The notes under the pieces were generated by a model that was not told the origin of the DNA, did not search any database, and saw only the letters and a program-made list of their open reading frames with translations. From Vicinamibacterales bacterium (GTDB lineage: Bacteria; Acidobacteriota; Vicinamibacteria; Vicinamibacterales; UBA8438), in contig OZ250139.1 in the NCBI GenBank assembly GCA_965237405.1, positions 957,858 through 1,021,857 on the forward strand: a DNA stretch of 64,000 bases, read 5' to 3'. This document shows positions 1 to 8,899 of the stretch, piece by piece. How positions within the stretch are numbered: position 1 is the stretch's first letter; each line of letters starts with the position of its first letter. The translations under genes and the position numbers were made by a program.

Positions 1-368
1 TCGATCGTGAGCTCCTGCCGGATGTGGTAGAGCATCAGGATTCGTTCCTTGCTGAGAGCGCTTCTGGCCGCTTCAGCTTTATCGATTTGAAGGGTAAGTT
101 CCCAGTCTTCGACTGCCATGCCGACGATTAGATCGGATAACTCCCCCCGTTCTTCTTCGACCGCCGTCATGAGCGCGCGGAGTACAGGCCGAGTGGACCT
201 GTAAATATCTTCGATCGCTGCCGTTTGTGTCGCAGTGAGATCTAAAGTCGTCTTTACCTCACCAGACTGCCACCAGCGGTGGCGCTGTGCGGCATCGACC
301 GGCGAGGACCCCAGTGCCGTCATGCAGGCCAGGAAGACTAGGAAGATCAGCAGTTTGAGTAGTCGCAT
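1..368 (-). CDS. Periplasmic Spy/CpxP-like (LTXXQ-motif) protein, partial (runs off window start)
   Basis: Absent from the ORF track because there is no stop in the window. Hand translation from the ATG (complement of 366-368, AGGTGA just upstream) gives MRLLKLLIFLVFLACMTALGSSPVDAAQRHRWWQSGEVKTTLDLTATQTAAIEDIYRSTRPVLRALM... This shows a signal peptide, an LTXXQ-type motif (LDLTATQ) and a helical E/R-rich body. Confidence 0.45.
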   Translation of the reverse strand, partial: MRLLKLLIFLVFLACMTALGSSPVDAAQRHRWWQSGEVKTTLDLTATQTAAIEDIYRSTRPVLRALMTAVEEERGELSDLIVGMAVEDWELTLQIDKAEAARSALSKERILMLYHIRQELTI

Positions 369-465
369 TGTCACCTGCCCATTAGCCTAACGAAATCTCA
401 CAATGTTACATACGGCCGAGCAATGGTAAGCGTTTACACTGGCTCAGGCCGGCCGACAGGGATTG

Positions 466-1728
466 TCAGATTTGTGCAAACGTGGATAGTCGGCTGATCA
501 CATCGCCGACAATGCTGTCCGGAGTTGAGGCCCCCGCTGTAAGGGCGATCGTCACGGCGCCGGTTTTGGGTAGCCAGCCATGGGTCGCGACTTCCACTCC
601 TCCAACAGAATCATGGTCGTCGCTCAGGGCTCCCACCGGTCGATGTCTGATTTCTGAGGGCGATGCGAGGCATGAGGGTTCGGCGATGTGAAAAGTCGGT
701 GTTGTTTGGCCACAAATCCGCGCCAAGTTTTTTGTATTGCTGCTGTTGTACCCGCCAATCACAATAGCTAGATCGAACTTCCGTTTGCCGAGGAGCGCTT
801 GGATAGAATCCTGGCGATCCTGAGTCGCGCTGCAGATTGTTTCGAACGCTCTATAGTGGTCAACCAGAGTCGCCTCGCCGTATCTGTTTGCCATCGCCTC
901 GCGAATCATGTCTCCAATCTTCAAGGACTCCGACATCAACATCGTGGTCTGATTCGCAAGACCGATCCGCTCGAGGTCAATCTGGGGAGAGAAACCGGAG
1001 GAATACGACCCGCCGAGGCGTTTAAGGAACCGCTCAGCCGTGACCTCACCTCGAATGATGCCGCAAACAAAATCGGCCTCAACATGGTCGAGAACGACGA
1101 GGTAGCGCCCATTCTCGGCCGCGAGAGCCTGGGATGCCGTCGCGCGAGTTTCCTCGTGGTGGACCTTTCCGTGAATCACCGCGGTGAAGCCGTCCCGCGT
1201 GAATTTTCGAACGTTCTTCCACACGTTCAGGACGGAGCCACAGGTAGTATCGACGAGCGTGCAGCCTCTGTCATGAAGGGCCATGAGGTCGTGAACGGCC
1301 ACGCCAAAGGCTGGAAGAATGACGACGTCGTCTGGGGTGACGTGGTCGATCGTGTAGTCCGGGTCAGTGAGAAAGAGAATACCGGCGGCCCGAAGCTTGG
1401 CGTTGACCTGAGGGTTGTGGATGATTTCACCGGTCAAAAAGACCCGGCGGTCTGGAAAACGCTCGCGTGTTTGGTACGCGTAGTCGACGGCCCGGTCCAC
1501 GCCATAGCAGAAGCCAAACTCCTGGGCCAGATGAACAACGAGACGACCACTCGCGTATCGAAATCGCGAACGTTTGACGTCATCGACGACGCTGCTGTGG
1601 TAATCCGCAGCCAGCGAGCCAGCCACGGCATGCTTAAGATCGAGTCCCTTCCGGAACACCGAAACCGAGACGGGTGCCTTACCAGCGGTAGATGGTTGCT
1701 TCACGGATCCGGGGAGTAATTTCATCAA
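466..1728 (-). CDS. ispH: 4-hydroxy-3-methylbut-2-enyl diphosphate reductase (IspH/LytB, long form)
   Basis: 420-aa ORF with VHLAQEFGFCYGVDRAV, TLVDTTCGSV and GLANQTTML motifs typical of IspH. The start is uncertain: the TTG/ATG at 1728 overlaps the upstream gene by 50 nt, and in-frame GTGs lie at 1704 and 1659. Confidence 0.88.
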   Translation of the reverse strand: MMKLLPGSVKQPSTAGKAPVSVSVFRKGLDLKHAVAGSLAADYHSSVVDDVKRSRFRYASGRLVVHLAQEFGFCYGVDRAVDYAYQTRERFPDRRVFLTGEIIHNPQVNAKLRAAGILFLTDPDYTIDHVTPDDVVILPAFGVAVHDLMALHDRGCTLVDTTCGSVLNVWKNVRKFTRDGFTAVIHGKVHHEETRATASQALAAENGRYLVVLDHVEADFVCGIIRGEVTAERFLKRLGGSYSSGFSPQIDLERIGLANQTTMLMSESLKIGDMIREAMANRYGEATLVDHYRAFETICSATQDRQDSIQALLGKRKFDLAIVIGGYNSSNTKNLARICGQTTPTFHIAEPSCLASPSEIRHRPVGALSDDHDSVGGVEVATHGWLPKTGAVTIALTAGASTPDSIVGDVISRLSTFAQI

Positions 1729-2380
1729 GCGGGGTAAGTTCGAGGATTGACGGGTTACTCAAAATCTGGTCCAGCTCATCCAGGAAACCATCCTCGGAGG
1801 TCGAGGTCATCGCGAGCGGAAGTTCGATGAGTGCTGTCCTCTGATTCGCGATAGGTGACGCTGTGGTTACGGTGCGTGTCGCTTCCGATAATCGATTGGT
1901 CGTGGCGGTCGGTTCGGGATGGAGGTGCATCCACTGACCAACAGCGACCCCCAGAAGAAGGCCGGCGGTGGCTGCGGCACTGAGCCACGGGCCCACTCGA
2001 CGAACAGTGAGAAAAGCGGGGCGTGTGAGAGCAGGAAAGCGAAGCACCCTGCCCCGATGTCCTGGCTCGACTGCCCGACGAATACGATTCAGGATTCGAT
2101 TCTTTTGCTTTTCGAGTCGGTGTGCGGAAATACGCTCGCTTGTTCCCGCCTCGGTGACTTTGGATAAGTTGGCGAGGAAACCTTCGAGCGCCTCCACGTC
2201 TCTCGTACACGATTTGCAACGAACTAGATGCGCACGTACGGCGTCTTCACGAGCATTCGGAACCGATGAGGGATGCAGATAACTCAGAACGTTCTCTTCA
2301 GTGAGATGTGCGCTTCGCAACCCAAGGCTGAAGCCGCATTTATTCAAAGACCACACCCAAAAATGAGACCAGGCAGTCAT
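1679..2380 (-). CDS. Putative zinc-finger (zf-HC2-like) anti-sigma factor
   Basis: N-terminal HLVRCKSCTRDVEALEGFL motif and a central TM segment (WLSAAATAGLLLGVAVGQW). It has a 4-nt ATGA overlap with the upstream ECF sigma gene. Confidence 0.6.
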   Translation of the reverse strand: MTAWSHFWVWSLNKCGFSLGLRSAHLTEENVLSYLHPSSVPNAREDAVRAHLVRCKSCTRDVEALEGFLANLSKVTEAGTSERISAHRLEKQKNRILNRIRRAVEPGHRGRVLRFPALTRPAFLTVRRVGPWLSAAATAGLLLGVAVGQWMHLHPEPTATTNRLSEATRTVTTASPIANQRTALIELPLAMTSTSEDGFLDELDQILSNPSILELTPLDEITPRIREATIYRW

Positions 2381-3039
2381 AGGGACGACACCTCGTGATT
2401 CGTATTCTGGATTTCCGGTTGTCCGCCTGTGGACAATTTCTTACGTAACGCGCGAATAGCCCTAAACAGATGTACACGAACGGTCGATTCGGTGAGGCCC
2501 AACATGTCACTGACTTCGAGGGTCGTGTGGCCTTCGAGTTGGCTCAAAACAACTACCGAACGCTGACGCTTGGGAAGCGTGTCGATGGCAGCCCGCAGGC
2601 ATTCGCCTTTCTCCGAAGCAAGAACCGTCGCCTCCGGCGAGGGGTCCTGGGAGAAGTGACGTCGTTCCAACATCTCGCGTTCCTTGTCGCTGGTTGGAAG
2701 GAACCAGCGAGCCCGGCGTGTGCGCGCCTTGAGTCGGTCGATGCATCCGTTGACAAGAATCTTCGTGAGCCACAGTTCAAAGAGGAGTTCCTCGCGAAAC
2801 GCCGGGAGGTGCAGAAACGCCTTCACGAAGGCGTCCTGAACCGCTTCGTCTACATCGGCTGGATCGCGCAGATAATAGTAGGCGATACGAGCGGCTCGGT
2901 TTTGATGAAGATCGATGAGAACCTCGAAGCGTTCGCAGGCCGCCTTGCGATTGCCCGACAGAAGTAACGATTTGACCTCGCTGGCCAAACGCGTATCGGT
3001 CTGCACGCCCGCCGATTGTTTGCTCTGAGAAGGTTTCAA
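2377..3039 (-). CDS. ECF-type RNA polymerase sigma-70 family factor
   Basis: A region 2 signature (DEAVQDAFVKAFLHLPAFR) and a region 4 HTH (RSVVVLSQLEGHTTLEVSDMLGLTESTVRVHLFRAIRALRKKL). Confidence 0.85.
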   Translation of the reverse strand: MKPSQSKQSAGVQTDTRLASEVKSLLLSGNRKAACERFEVLIDLHQNRAARIAYYYLRDPADVDEAVQDAFVKAFLHLPAFREELLFELWLTKILVNGCIDRLKARTRRARWFLPTSDKEREMLERRHFSQDPSPEATVLASEKGECLRAAIDTLPKRQRSVVVLSQLEGHTTLEVSDMLGLTESTVRVHLFRAIRALRKKLSTGGQPEIQNTNHEVSSL

Positions 3040-3126
3040 GTTTGCACTTTATATAGCTAAGGACGAGTCAAATTCGAGTGTGTTTACCTGTCCCGGAATC
3101 ATTCTTAACGCCATAGAAAGCCGTTC

Positions 3127-4107
3127 CTAATAATACCGCTTGACCACGGTGCCCGGATAATAGTGGGACAGGATGGCATTCGTGGTGTGACCGCCCTGGG
3201 CTCGTGCCCTGGTCCCGCGTTGACAAAGGCCGACGCCGTGGCCAAAGCCCCGCCCCTTAAAGATTATCGCGTTGTCGGATACACTAAGCCGAAAGAGCGT
3301 GCTGGCAATCGAGCGATAGCCAAAATGCTCAGCGAGGACCGATCGCAGCTTCTCGCCGCTAACGACCCGCCGATCTTGTCCCTCAATGGCGACCTCGACG
3401 GCCCTACCAGCGTCGTCGTAGGTCATGACCCGGATGATTCGGAGGCTGACAACCCTGGTGAGCGCGTCGGCAGCTAGTGCGGTCTCCAATGCAGTCAAGC
3501 TAGCCTCAAAACGCCAGGGTGAGGAGTCCTTCAACGCGCAGAAGGTGTCGTTGACCCCCCTCAGGTAGGGCGGAGTGACGCCTCCCCACGGCACGGTCGC
3601 GTCGCTGGTATGCCCGCCGCAGTTTGCATGATAGACCGCGTTGATTGGGCGATCGTTATACATGATGACAAGCCCAGCCGTCGTGCGAGCGGCTTTTTGG
3701 GCTAGCGTTCGCACCCACGAATTCGAACCTACCGTGGGATTATAAACCTGGCAATGCGTTGTTGAGCAGAGGTCGAACCCCTCACGCCTGTGCCGATTTC
3801 GATTAGCAAGTGCGTAGGTGCGAGTCAAAATGGCCTGCACTCGGGCCATACGGCCCGCGGCAATTGGTTCAATTCCTCGAAAATCGGCCTCCGCGGTAAT
3901 CGAACCCACGATATAGCGCTCAAGCTTGAGGTCTGCCAAAACACCAGTGGGTAGGCGAACCTTGATGGCAACCTTTGGCGTTAGTCCAACGGCCACTGGC
4001 GGCCGGGGTATGACACAGGCGAAGGTTGCAGAGCTCACCACCAAAACGAAAATGGCTGAGGCTAGCCGTATAGCTCGAACTGCTGACGGTGCGATCTCGT
4101 GTAACAT
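3127..4107 (-). CDS. SpoIID/LytB-domain protein
   Basis: FDLCSTTHCQVY, AVYHANCGGHTSD and GRGFGHGVGLCQRG motifs plus an N-terminal signal/TM segment. Confidence 0.8.
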   Translation of the reverse strand: MLHEIAPSAVRAIRLASAIFVLVVSSATFACVIPRPPVAVGLTPKVAIKVRLPTGVLADLKLERYIVGSITAEADFRGIEPIAAGRMARVQAILTRTYALANRNRHRREGFDLCSTTHCQVYNPTVGSNSWVRTLAQKAARTTAGLVIMYNDRPINAVYHANCGGHTSDATVPWGGVTPPYLRGVNDTFCALKDSSPWRFEASLTALETALAADALTRVVSLRIIRVMTYDDAGRAVEVAIEGQDRRVVSGEKLRSVLAEHFGYRSIASTLFRLSVSDNAIIFKGRGFGHGVGLCQRGTRARAQGGHTTNAILSHYYPGTVVKRYY

Positions 4108-4188
4108 CTCGACCTGTTCTATCGGCCATTCGGACCAGCTTAACCACCCGTTTGACTTGCCGATTTGTGCACCATACCATCCGGTCTC

Positions 4189-5778
4189 ATGCCGATCGCA
4201 CGATCACTCGAAGCCCAAGGGATCACCGGTTGTGGGGAAGTGCACTGGAACCTCGGGACGGCAGCACTCTACGAGGAAGCGATTCGACGAAATGAAGGGA
4301 TCGTCGCCGAAGGTGGTCCTCTCGTTTGTCTGACTGGCGGGCATACCGGTCGTTCGCCCAATGACAAGTTTCTCGTGTGCGAACCGTCGACTGACGAGAA
4401 GGTTTGGTGGGGTTCGGTAAATCGTCCGATCGAGTCGGATCAGTTTCGGGCCCTCCACGAGGTCTTGCTGGCCGGGTTGAAAGGGAAGGACGTTTTCGTT
4501 CAAGACTGTTTTGCCGGCGCCGATCCAGAATTTCAGCTCCCGGTCCGGATCATTACCGAACGTGCGTGGCACAGCTTGTTTGCCCGAACGATGTTCTTGC
4601 CAAGGCCGTCTGGGACGCCGTCATCCGTCGGTGACCGCGGCTTCACAGTGATCGATGTCCCATCGGTCAAGGCCGACCCAGCGCGACACGGAGTCAACTC
4701 GCCAGTTTTTATTCTCGTTGATTTTTCTCGACGTCTGATCCTGATTGGTGGCACGAGCTACGCTGGTGAGATCAAGAAGTCAATTTTCACCATCATGAAT
4801 TATTTGCTCCCGTTGCAGGATGTGCTTCCTATGCACTGTTCTGCCAATGTGGGTGGCGGAGGTGACGTGGCGCTCTTCTTTGGTCTTTCCGGAACCGGAA
4901 AGACGACGCTGTCGAGTGACCCGAATCGCCAACTCATCGGTGACGACGAACATGGCTGGAGCACTCACGGCATTTTTAACTTTGAAGGTGGGTGCTACGC
5001 GAAGATGATCCGGCTTTCCGCAGTTGCAGAGCCCGATATTTTCGCGACGACGCGGCGATTCGGCACGGTGCTCGAAAACGTCGTTGTCGACCCGGCCACG
5101 CGGCGTATGGACCTTGATGATGATCGGCTGACGGAGAACACGCGGGGAGCTTATCCCATTTCGTTCATCAATAACTCAGTGCCGAACGGGCAAGCTGGCC
5201 ATTCAAAGGTGCTAGTAATGCTCACTGCGGACGCGTTCGGTGTCCTACCGCCCATCGCACGACTGACATCAGCCGGTGCGATGTATCACTTTCTATCAGG
5301 CTACACAGCGAAGGTTGCGGGAACCGAGAAGGGGGTGACGGAACCGAAGGCTACATTTAGCGCTTGTTTCGGCGCGCCGTTCATGGTTTGGCACCCTACG
5401 GTGTACGCGAAACTTCTGGGACAACGAATTGCCGAACACGGAACGAAGGTATGGCTCGTTAACACCGGGTGGACCGGTGGCCCATACGGCGTCGGACACC
5501 GGATTCCGATTGGCCATACCCGTGCGATGATAACCGCTGTGCTGTCGGGTGCGCTTGAGGCGGTGCGTTTCGAGCGTCACCCGGTATTCGGACTCGATAC
5601 CCCAGTCGAGTGCCCAGGCGTGCCGCAGGAGCTTCTTCGACCCCGTGAGACTTGGGGCAGTGGAGCCAAGTACGATGCCCAAGCGCTAAAGTTGGCGAGA
5701 ATGTTCGCAGACAACTTCTCGGTGTTCGAGTCGGCAGCCGATGCGGACGTCCGTGCAGCTGGTCCGTCTGTTGGCTAA
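4189..5778 (+). CDS. pckA: Phosphoenolpyruvate carboxykinase (ATP)
   Basis: GLSGTGKTTLS kinase-1a loop, IGDDEHGW and ADAFGVLPPI motifs. The ATG at 4189 (MPIARSLEAQGI...) is preferred over the TTG at 4165. Confidence 0.92.
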   Translation: MPIARSLEAQGITGCGEVHWNLGTAALYEEAIRRNEGIVAEGGPLVCLTGGHTGRSPNDKFLVCEPSTDEKVWWGSVNRPIESDQFRALHEVLLAGLKGKDVFVQDCFAGADPEFQLPVRIITERAWHSLFARTMFLPRPSGTPSSVGDRGFTVIDVPSVKADPARHGVNSPVFILVDFSRRLILIGGTSYAGEIKKSIFTIMNYLLPLQDVLPMHCSANVGGGGDVALFFGLSGTGKTTLSSDPNRQLIGDDEHGWSTHGIFNFEGGCYAKMIRLSAVAEPDIFATTRRFGTVLENVVVDPATRRMDLDDDRLTENTRGAYPISFINNSVPNGQAGHSKVLVMLTADAFGVLPPIARLTSAGAMYHFLSGYTAKVAGTEKGVTEPKATFSACFGAPFMVWHPTVYAKLLGQRIAEHGTKVWLVNTGWTGGPYGVGHRIPIGHTRAMITAVLSGALEAVRFERHPVFGLDTPVECPGVPQELLRPRETWGSGAKYDAQALKLARMFADNFSVFESAADADVRAAGPSVG

Positions 5779-7214
5779 TGGAATACGAAGCAGTCATCGG
5801 TCTTGAGATCCACGCCCAGCTTAGAACAGCCACCAAGATATTTTGCGGGTGTAGCACGACGTTTGGTGCGAGGCCGAACACGCAGGTGTGTCCGGTCTGC
5901 CTCGGGTTGCCGGGAGCGATGCCGGTACTTAACGAACGGGCTGTTGACTACGGCATCCGTGCAGCGTTAGCCCTGGGGTGTTCTGTTCAACCCATTTCCA
6001 TATTCGCTCGGAAGAACTACTTTTACCCTGACCTACCCAAGGGGTATCAAATCTCGCAGTACGAGCAGCCCTTGGCAACGGATGGCCGTGTCGAGTGCGA
6101 ATCAAACGGCGAGCAGTCAGCGGTTCGGATCGTCAGGGTGCACCTGGAAGAGGACGCCGGGAAGTCGCTACACGAGGGGGTACAGGAATCCAACCGGTTC
6201 ACACACGTCGATTTCAACCGTAGTGGCGTGCCGCTGATTGAAATCGTCACCGATCCAGATCTGAGGTCACCGGAAGCGGCAGCCGTCTTTTTCGGCCATT
6301 TGCGGTCGATTCTTCGAGCTATCGACGTCAACAACGGCAACATGGAAGAGGGGAGCCTCCGCTGTGACGCGAACGTCTCGATTCGGCCGGCTGGTGCCAC
6401 GGAACTTGGCGTCAAGGTGGAAATCAAGAACATTAATTCGTTTCGGTTCTTGCGGCGGGCAATTCAGTTTGAATTTAAGCGGCAAGTCGAGACAGTTTGT
6501 GCCGGCCGACGGATTGTCCAGGAGACGCGACTTTGGGACACCGCGCTCGAGGAGACATCGTCGATGCGAAACAAAGAGGAAGCCCACGATTATCGCTATT
6601 TTCCTGAGCCAGACCTCTTGCCACTGTGTGTTTCACGCGAGTGGATCGAAAACGTTCGGTCTAGCTTGCCGGAGTTACCCGAACAGCGTCGGCGACGGTT
6701 CATCGAGCAGTATGGAATACCGGAATATGATGCGGGTGTGCTGACGCAGTCAACCTCACTGGCGGACTTCTTCGAGGGTGCTACGAAAGTGTGTAACAAC
6801 CCAAAGGCGGCGAGTAACTGGGTCATGGGCGAGGTGATGCGGAAGTTGAAAGTGCTTGGCGTTGGCATCGAGGGTCTGGGAGTCACGCCAGGTTCGCTGG
6901 GTGCGTTGATTAGGCTAGTAGATGTCGGGAAGGTCAGTGGTTCGGCTGCGAAACAGGTCTTCGAGCGGATCCAGCGGAGCGGTGAATCGCCCGAGGAGGC
7001 GGTCAAGGCCGCGGGATTGACGCAGATGGAGGACAGCGCCGAGCTTGAGGCGCTGGTTCAGTCGGCGATCGAGGAGCAGGACGAGGCAGTGGCGAGTTAC
7101 CAGGGGGGCAAGACCGAGACTCTCGGATTCCTGGTTGGCCAGGTGATGCGGAGGACCGGTGGGAAGGCCAACCCACAGCGGGTGAGGGAAATTTTACGAC
7201 GCCTCCTCGATTGA
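5778..7214 (+). CDS. gatB: Asp-tRNA(Asn)/Glu-tRNA(Gln) amidotransferase subunit B
   Basis: MEYEAVIGLEIHAQL... N-terminus, a CPVCLGLPG zinc motif and a GatB/YqeY C-terminal tail. The start ATG shares one base with the pckA stop (TAATG at 5776-5780). Confidence 0.93.
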   Translation: MEYEAVIGLEIHAQLRTATKIFCGCSTTFGARPNTQVCPVCLGLPGAMPVLNERAVDYGIRAALALGCSVQPISIFARKNYFYPDLPKGYQISQYEQPLATDGRVECESNGEQSAVRIVRVHLEEDAGKSLHEGVQESNRFTHVDFNRSGVPLIEIVTDPDLRSPEAAAVFFGHLRSILRAIDVNNGNMEEGSLRCDANVSIRPAGATELGVKVEIKNINSFRFLRRAIQFEFKRQVETVCAGRRIVQETRLWDTALEETSSMRNKEEAHDYRYFPEPDLLPLCVSREWIENVRSSLPELPEQRRRRFIEQYGIPEYDAGVLTQSTSLADFFEGATKVCNNPKAASNWVMGEVMRKLKVLGVGIEGLGVTPGSLGALIRLVDVGKVSGSAAKQVFERIQRSGESPEEAVKAAGLTQMEDSAELEALVQSAIEEQDEAVASYQGGKTETLGFLVGQVMRRTGGKANPQRVREILRRLLD

Positions 7215-7268
7215 CACTCTCAGATCAGCGACGTTAGACTACTTAACGTTGTTGCCAGAACGTTTTCG

Positions 7269-7586
7269 ATGTCGACGGTGCTCACGAATCCGGACGGTTT
7301 CTTGATCTTCGCCACTCGACAGCACGAATCACATCTCTCCGGTACAAAGCGAACCACGTTCTATCGAGAAGAGCTGGTCAGGCACTGGTGGTGTCTTGAG
7401 CGGCAACGTGAGTGCTATTCGGAGAAGGCTATTGGCGACGTCAAGGCCGCACTTGTACGATTGGACGCAGAGATTGACACGTTATGCGAACGTGAGAACG
7501 GCGAGCAGATCGTCGGCGGCCTTTTGAGTAGTATTGACGGAGTCACGCGACTCTCCGCGTGGTCCGATCCTAAGAAACACCACTGA
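7269..7586 (+). CDS. Hypothetical protein (105 aa)
   Basis: An ORF only, with no recognisable motif. It occupies the gatB to glycerate-kinase gap. Confidence 0.3.
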   Translation: MSTVLTNPDGFLIFATRQHESHLSGTKRTTFYREELVRHWWCLERQRECYSEKAIGDVKAALVRLDAEIDTLCERENGEQIVGGLLSSIDGVTRLSAWSDPKKHH

Positions 7587-7660
7587 GCACAGCCATCCTT
7601 CGTCGTCATCTTATCCAGATCGTTAAAGCAGGAATCTCCGCTGTATCGAGTCCAAGACTT

Positions 7661-8899
7661 GTGAATATCGCCTTGGACGATCCGGAGATTCGGTCGGTGT
7701 TACATGGCCGCCGCGTTACGCTCGTTGCGGCGGGGAAGGTTGCAGCGCCGATGGCCACGGCGTTCTTGGGGCGCTGGGATGGGGAGATGGCTGGTGCCGT
7801 AGCGGCTGGGACCGTGGGTAGTGTTTCGGGCTTTCGCTGCGACTGGTTCGCGGCCGGTCACCCGATACCAACCGAAGGGAGCGAGGCGGCCGGCCGGCAG
7901 GTCCTTGAGCTTGCGGGTAGAACGAGTCCAGAGGACGTGTTGCTCCTCCTCCTGTCCGGTGGGGCCTCGGCTTGTCTGGCAGTACCCATCGATGGCGTGA
8001 CATTGGAGGACAAAGTTGCGGCCACTAGGGCGTTGTTGCGTGGCGGGGTAGCGATTGACGGGATCAATTGCGTGCGGAAGCATCTCTCTGCGATCAAAGG
8101 CGGGCGGCTCGCTCTTGCAACGCCCGGCATGTTGTTGACACTGGCGATTTCGGATGTAGTGGGTCCGATCCCCGATGATCCAGCTGTAATTGGATCCGGA
8201 CCTACTGCTGGGGATCCGACGACTTTCGGTGACGCCATCGCCGTGGCGGAGCAACCCTCAGTACGTCTGAATTTCCCAGCAACCGCCATGCGTGCTCTTG
8301 AACGCGGCCGGCGTAGGGAGCTCACGGAAACGCCTGCACCCGGCGACCCTCGCCTCGTAAAATCGAAGGTTCGAGTGATCGGAAACGGTGCCGTGGCGGT
8401 CAAGGCAGCCGAGAAGGCGGCGGCGGCCTTGGGGTACGCCGTGACGACGATCGATGCGCCTGTTGTCGGCGACGCTCGGACGGCAGCCATCAGACATTTT
8501 CATACCATTGTACGAGTGGCGAAGACGCTATCTCGACCTGCGTGTGTCATTTCCAGTGGAGAAACTACTGTTGAAGTTACGGGATCCGGCAGGGGGGGAC
8601 GAAACCAAGAGTTCGCACTCGCCATGGTCGAGGACTTGGCGCGCGGAGGCACGAACCTCGTGTTGGCCAGCGTCGGCACCGACGGCGTAGACGGTCCTAC
8701 TGATGCGGCCGGAGCAGTCGTGGACGAAACGACGCTCGCGCGCGCCGTGCAGGAGGGTATCGGAACTCCGGCAACTTACTTGGCGTCCAACGATTCGTAT
8801 GCCTTCTTCGACAAACTAGATGACTTGGTCCGTACGGGTCCAACCGACACGAACGTCGGAGACTTGCAGGTAGCGTTGATTAGCGATGCTCAAGGCTGA
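7661..8899 (+). CDS. Glycerate 2-kinase / hydroxypyruvate reductase family (DUF4147 + MOFRL)
   Basis: VAAGKVAAPMA, LLLSGGASA and SSGETTVEVTGSGRGGRNQEFALA motifs. The 5' end is uncertain: the homologous frame is open back to 7574 without a canonical start. Confidence 0.8.
   Translation: MNIALDDPEIRSVLHGRRVTLVAAGKVAAPMATAFLGRWDGEMAGAVAAGTVGSVSGFRCDWFAAGHPIPTEGSEAAGRQVLELAGRTSPEDVLLLLLSGGASACLAVPIDGVTLEDKVAATRALLRGGVAIDGINCVRKHLSAIKGGRLALATPGMLLTLAISDVVGPIPDDPAVIGSGPTAGDPTTFGDAIAVAEQPSVRLNFPATAMRALERGRRRELTETPAPGDPRLVKSKVRVIGNGAVAVKAAEKAAAALGYAVTTIDAPVVGDARTAAIRHFHTIVRVAKTLSRPACVISSGETTVEVTGSGRGGRNQEFALAMVEDLARGGTNLVLASVGTDGVDGPTDAAGAVVDETTLARAVQEGIGTPATYLASNDSYAFFDKLDDLVRTGPTDTNVGDLQVALISDAQG

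Noticed and set aside
799-1719. 306-aa plus-strand ORF
   Set aside because: It is fully antisense to the well-supported ispH gene and has no motifs. It is a shadow ORF.
3105-3127. Candidate ECF promoter GGAAC...CGTTAA upstream of the sigma gene (minus strand)
   Set aside because: The spacer between the -35-like and -10-like elements is only about 12 nt, against the usual 16-17, and the -35-like element overlaps the SpoIID stop.
7269-7586. Hypothetical ORF as a frameshifted N-terminus of the downstream glycerate-kinase-family gene
   Set aside because: Its sequence bears no resemblance to the family N-terminus, which is instead encoded in the kinase's own frame from 7574 onward.
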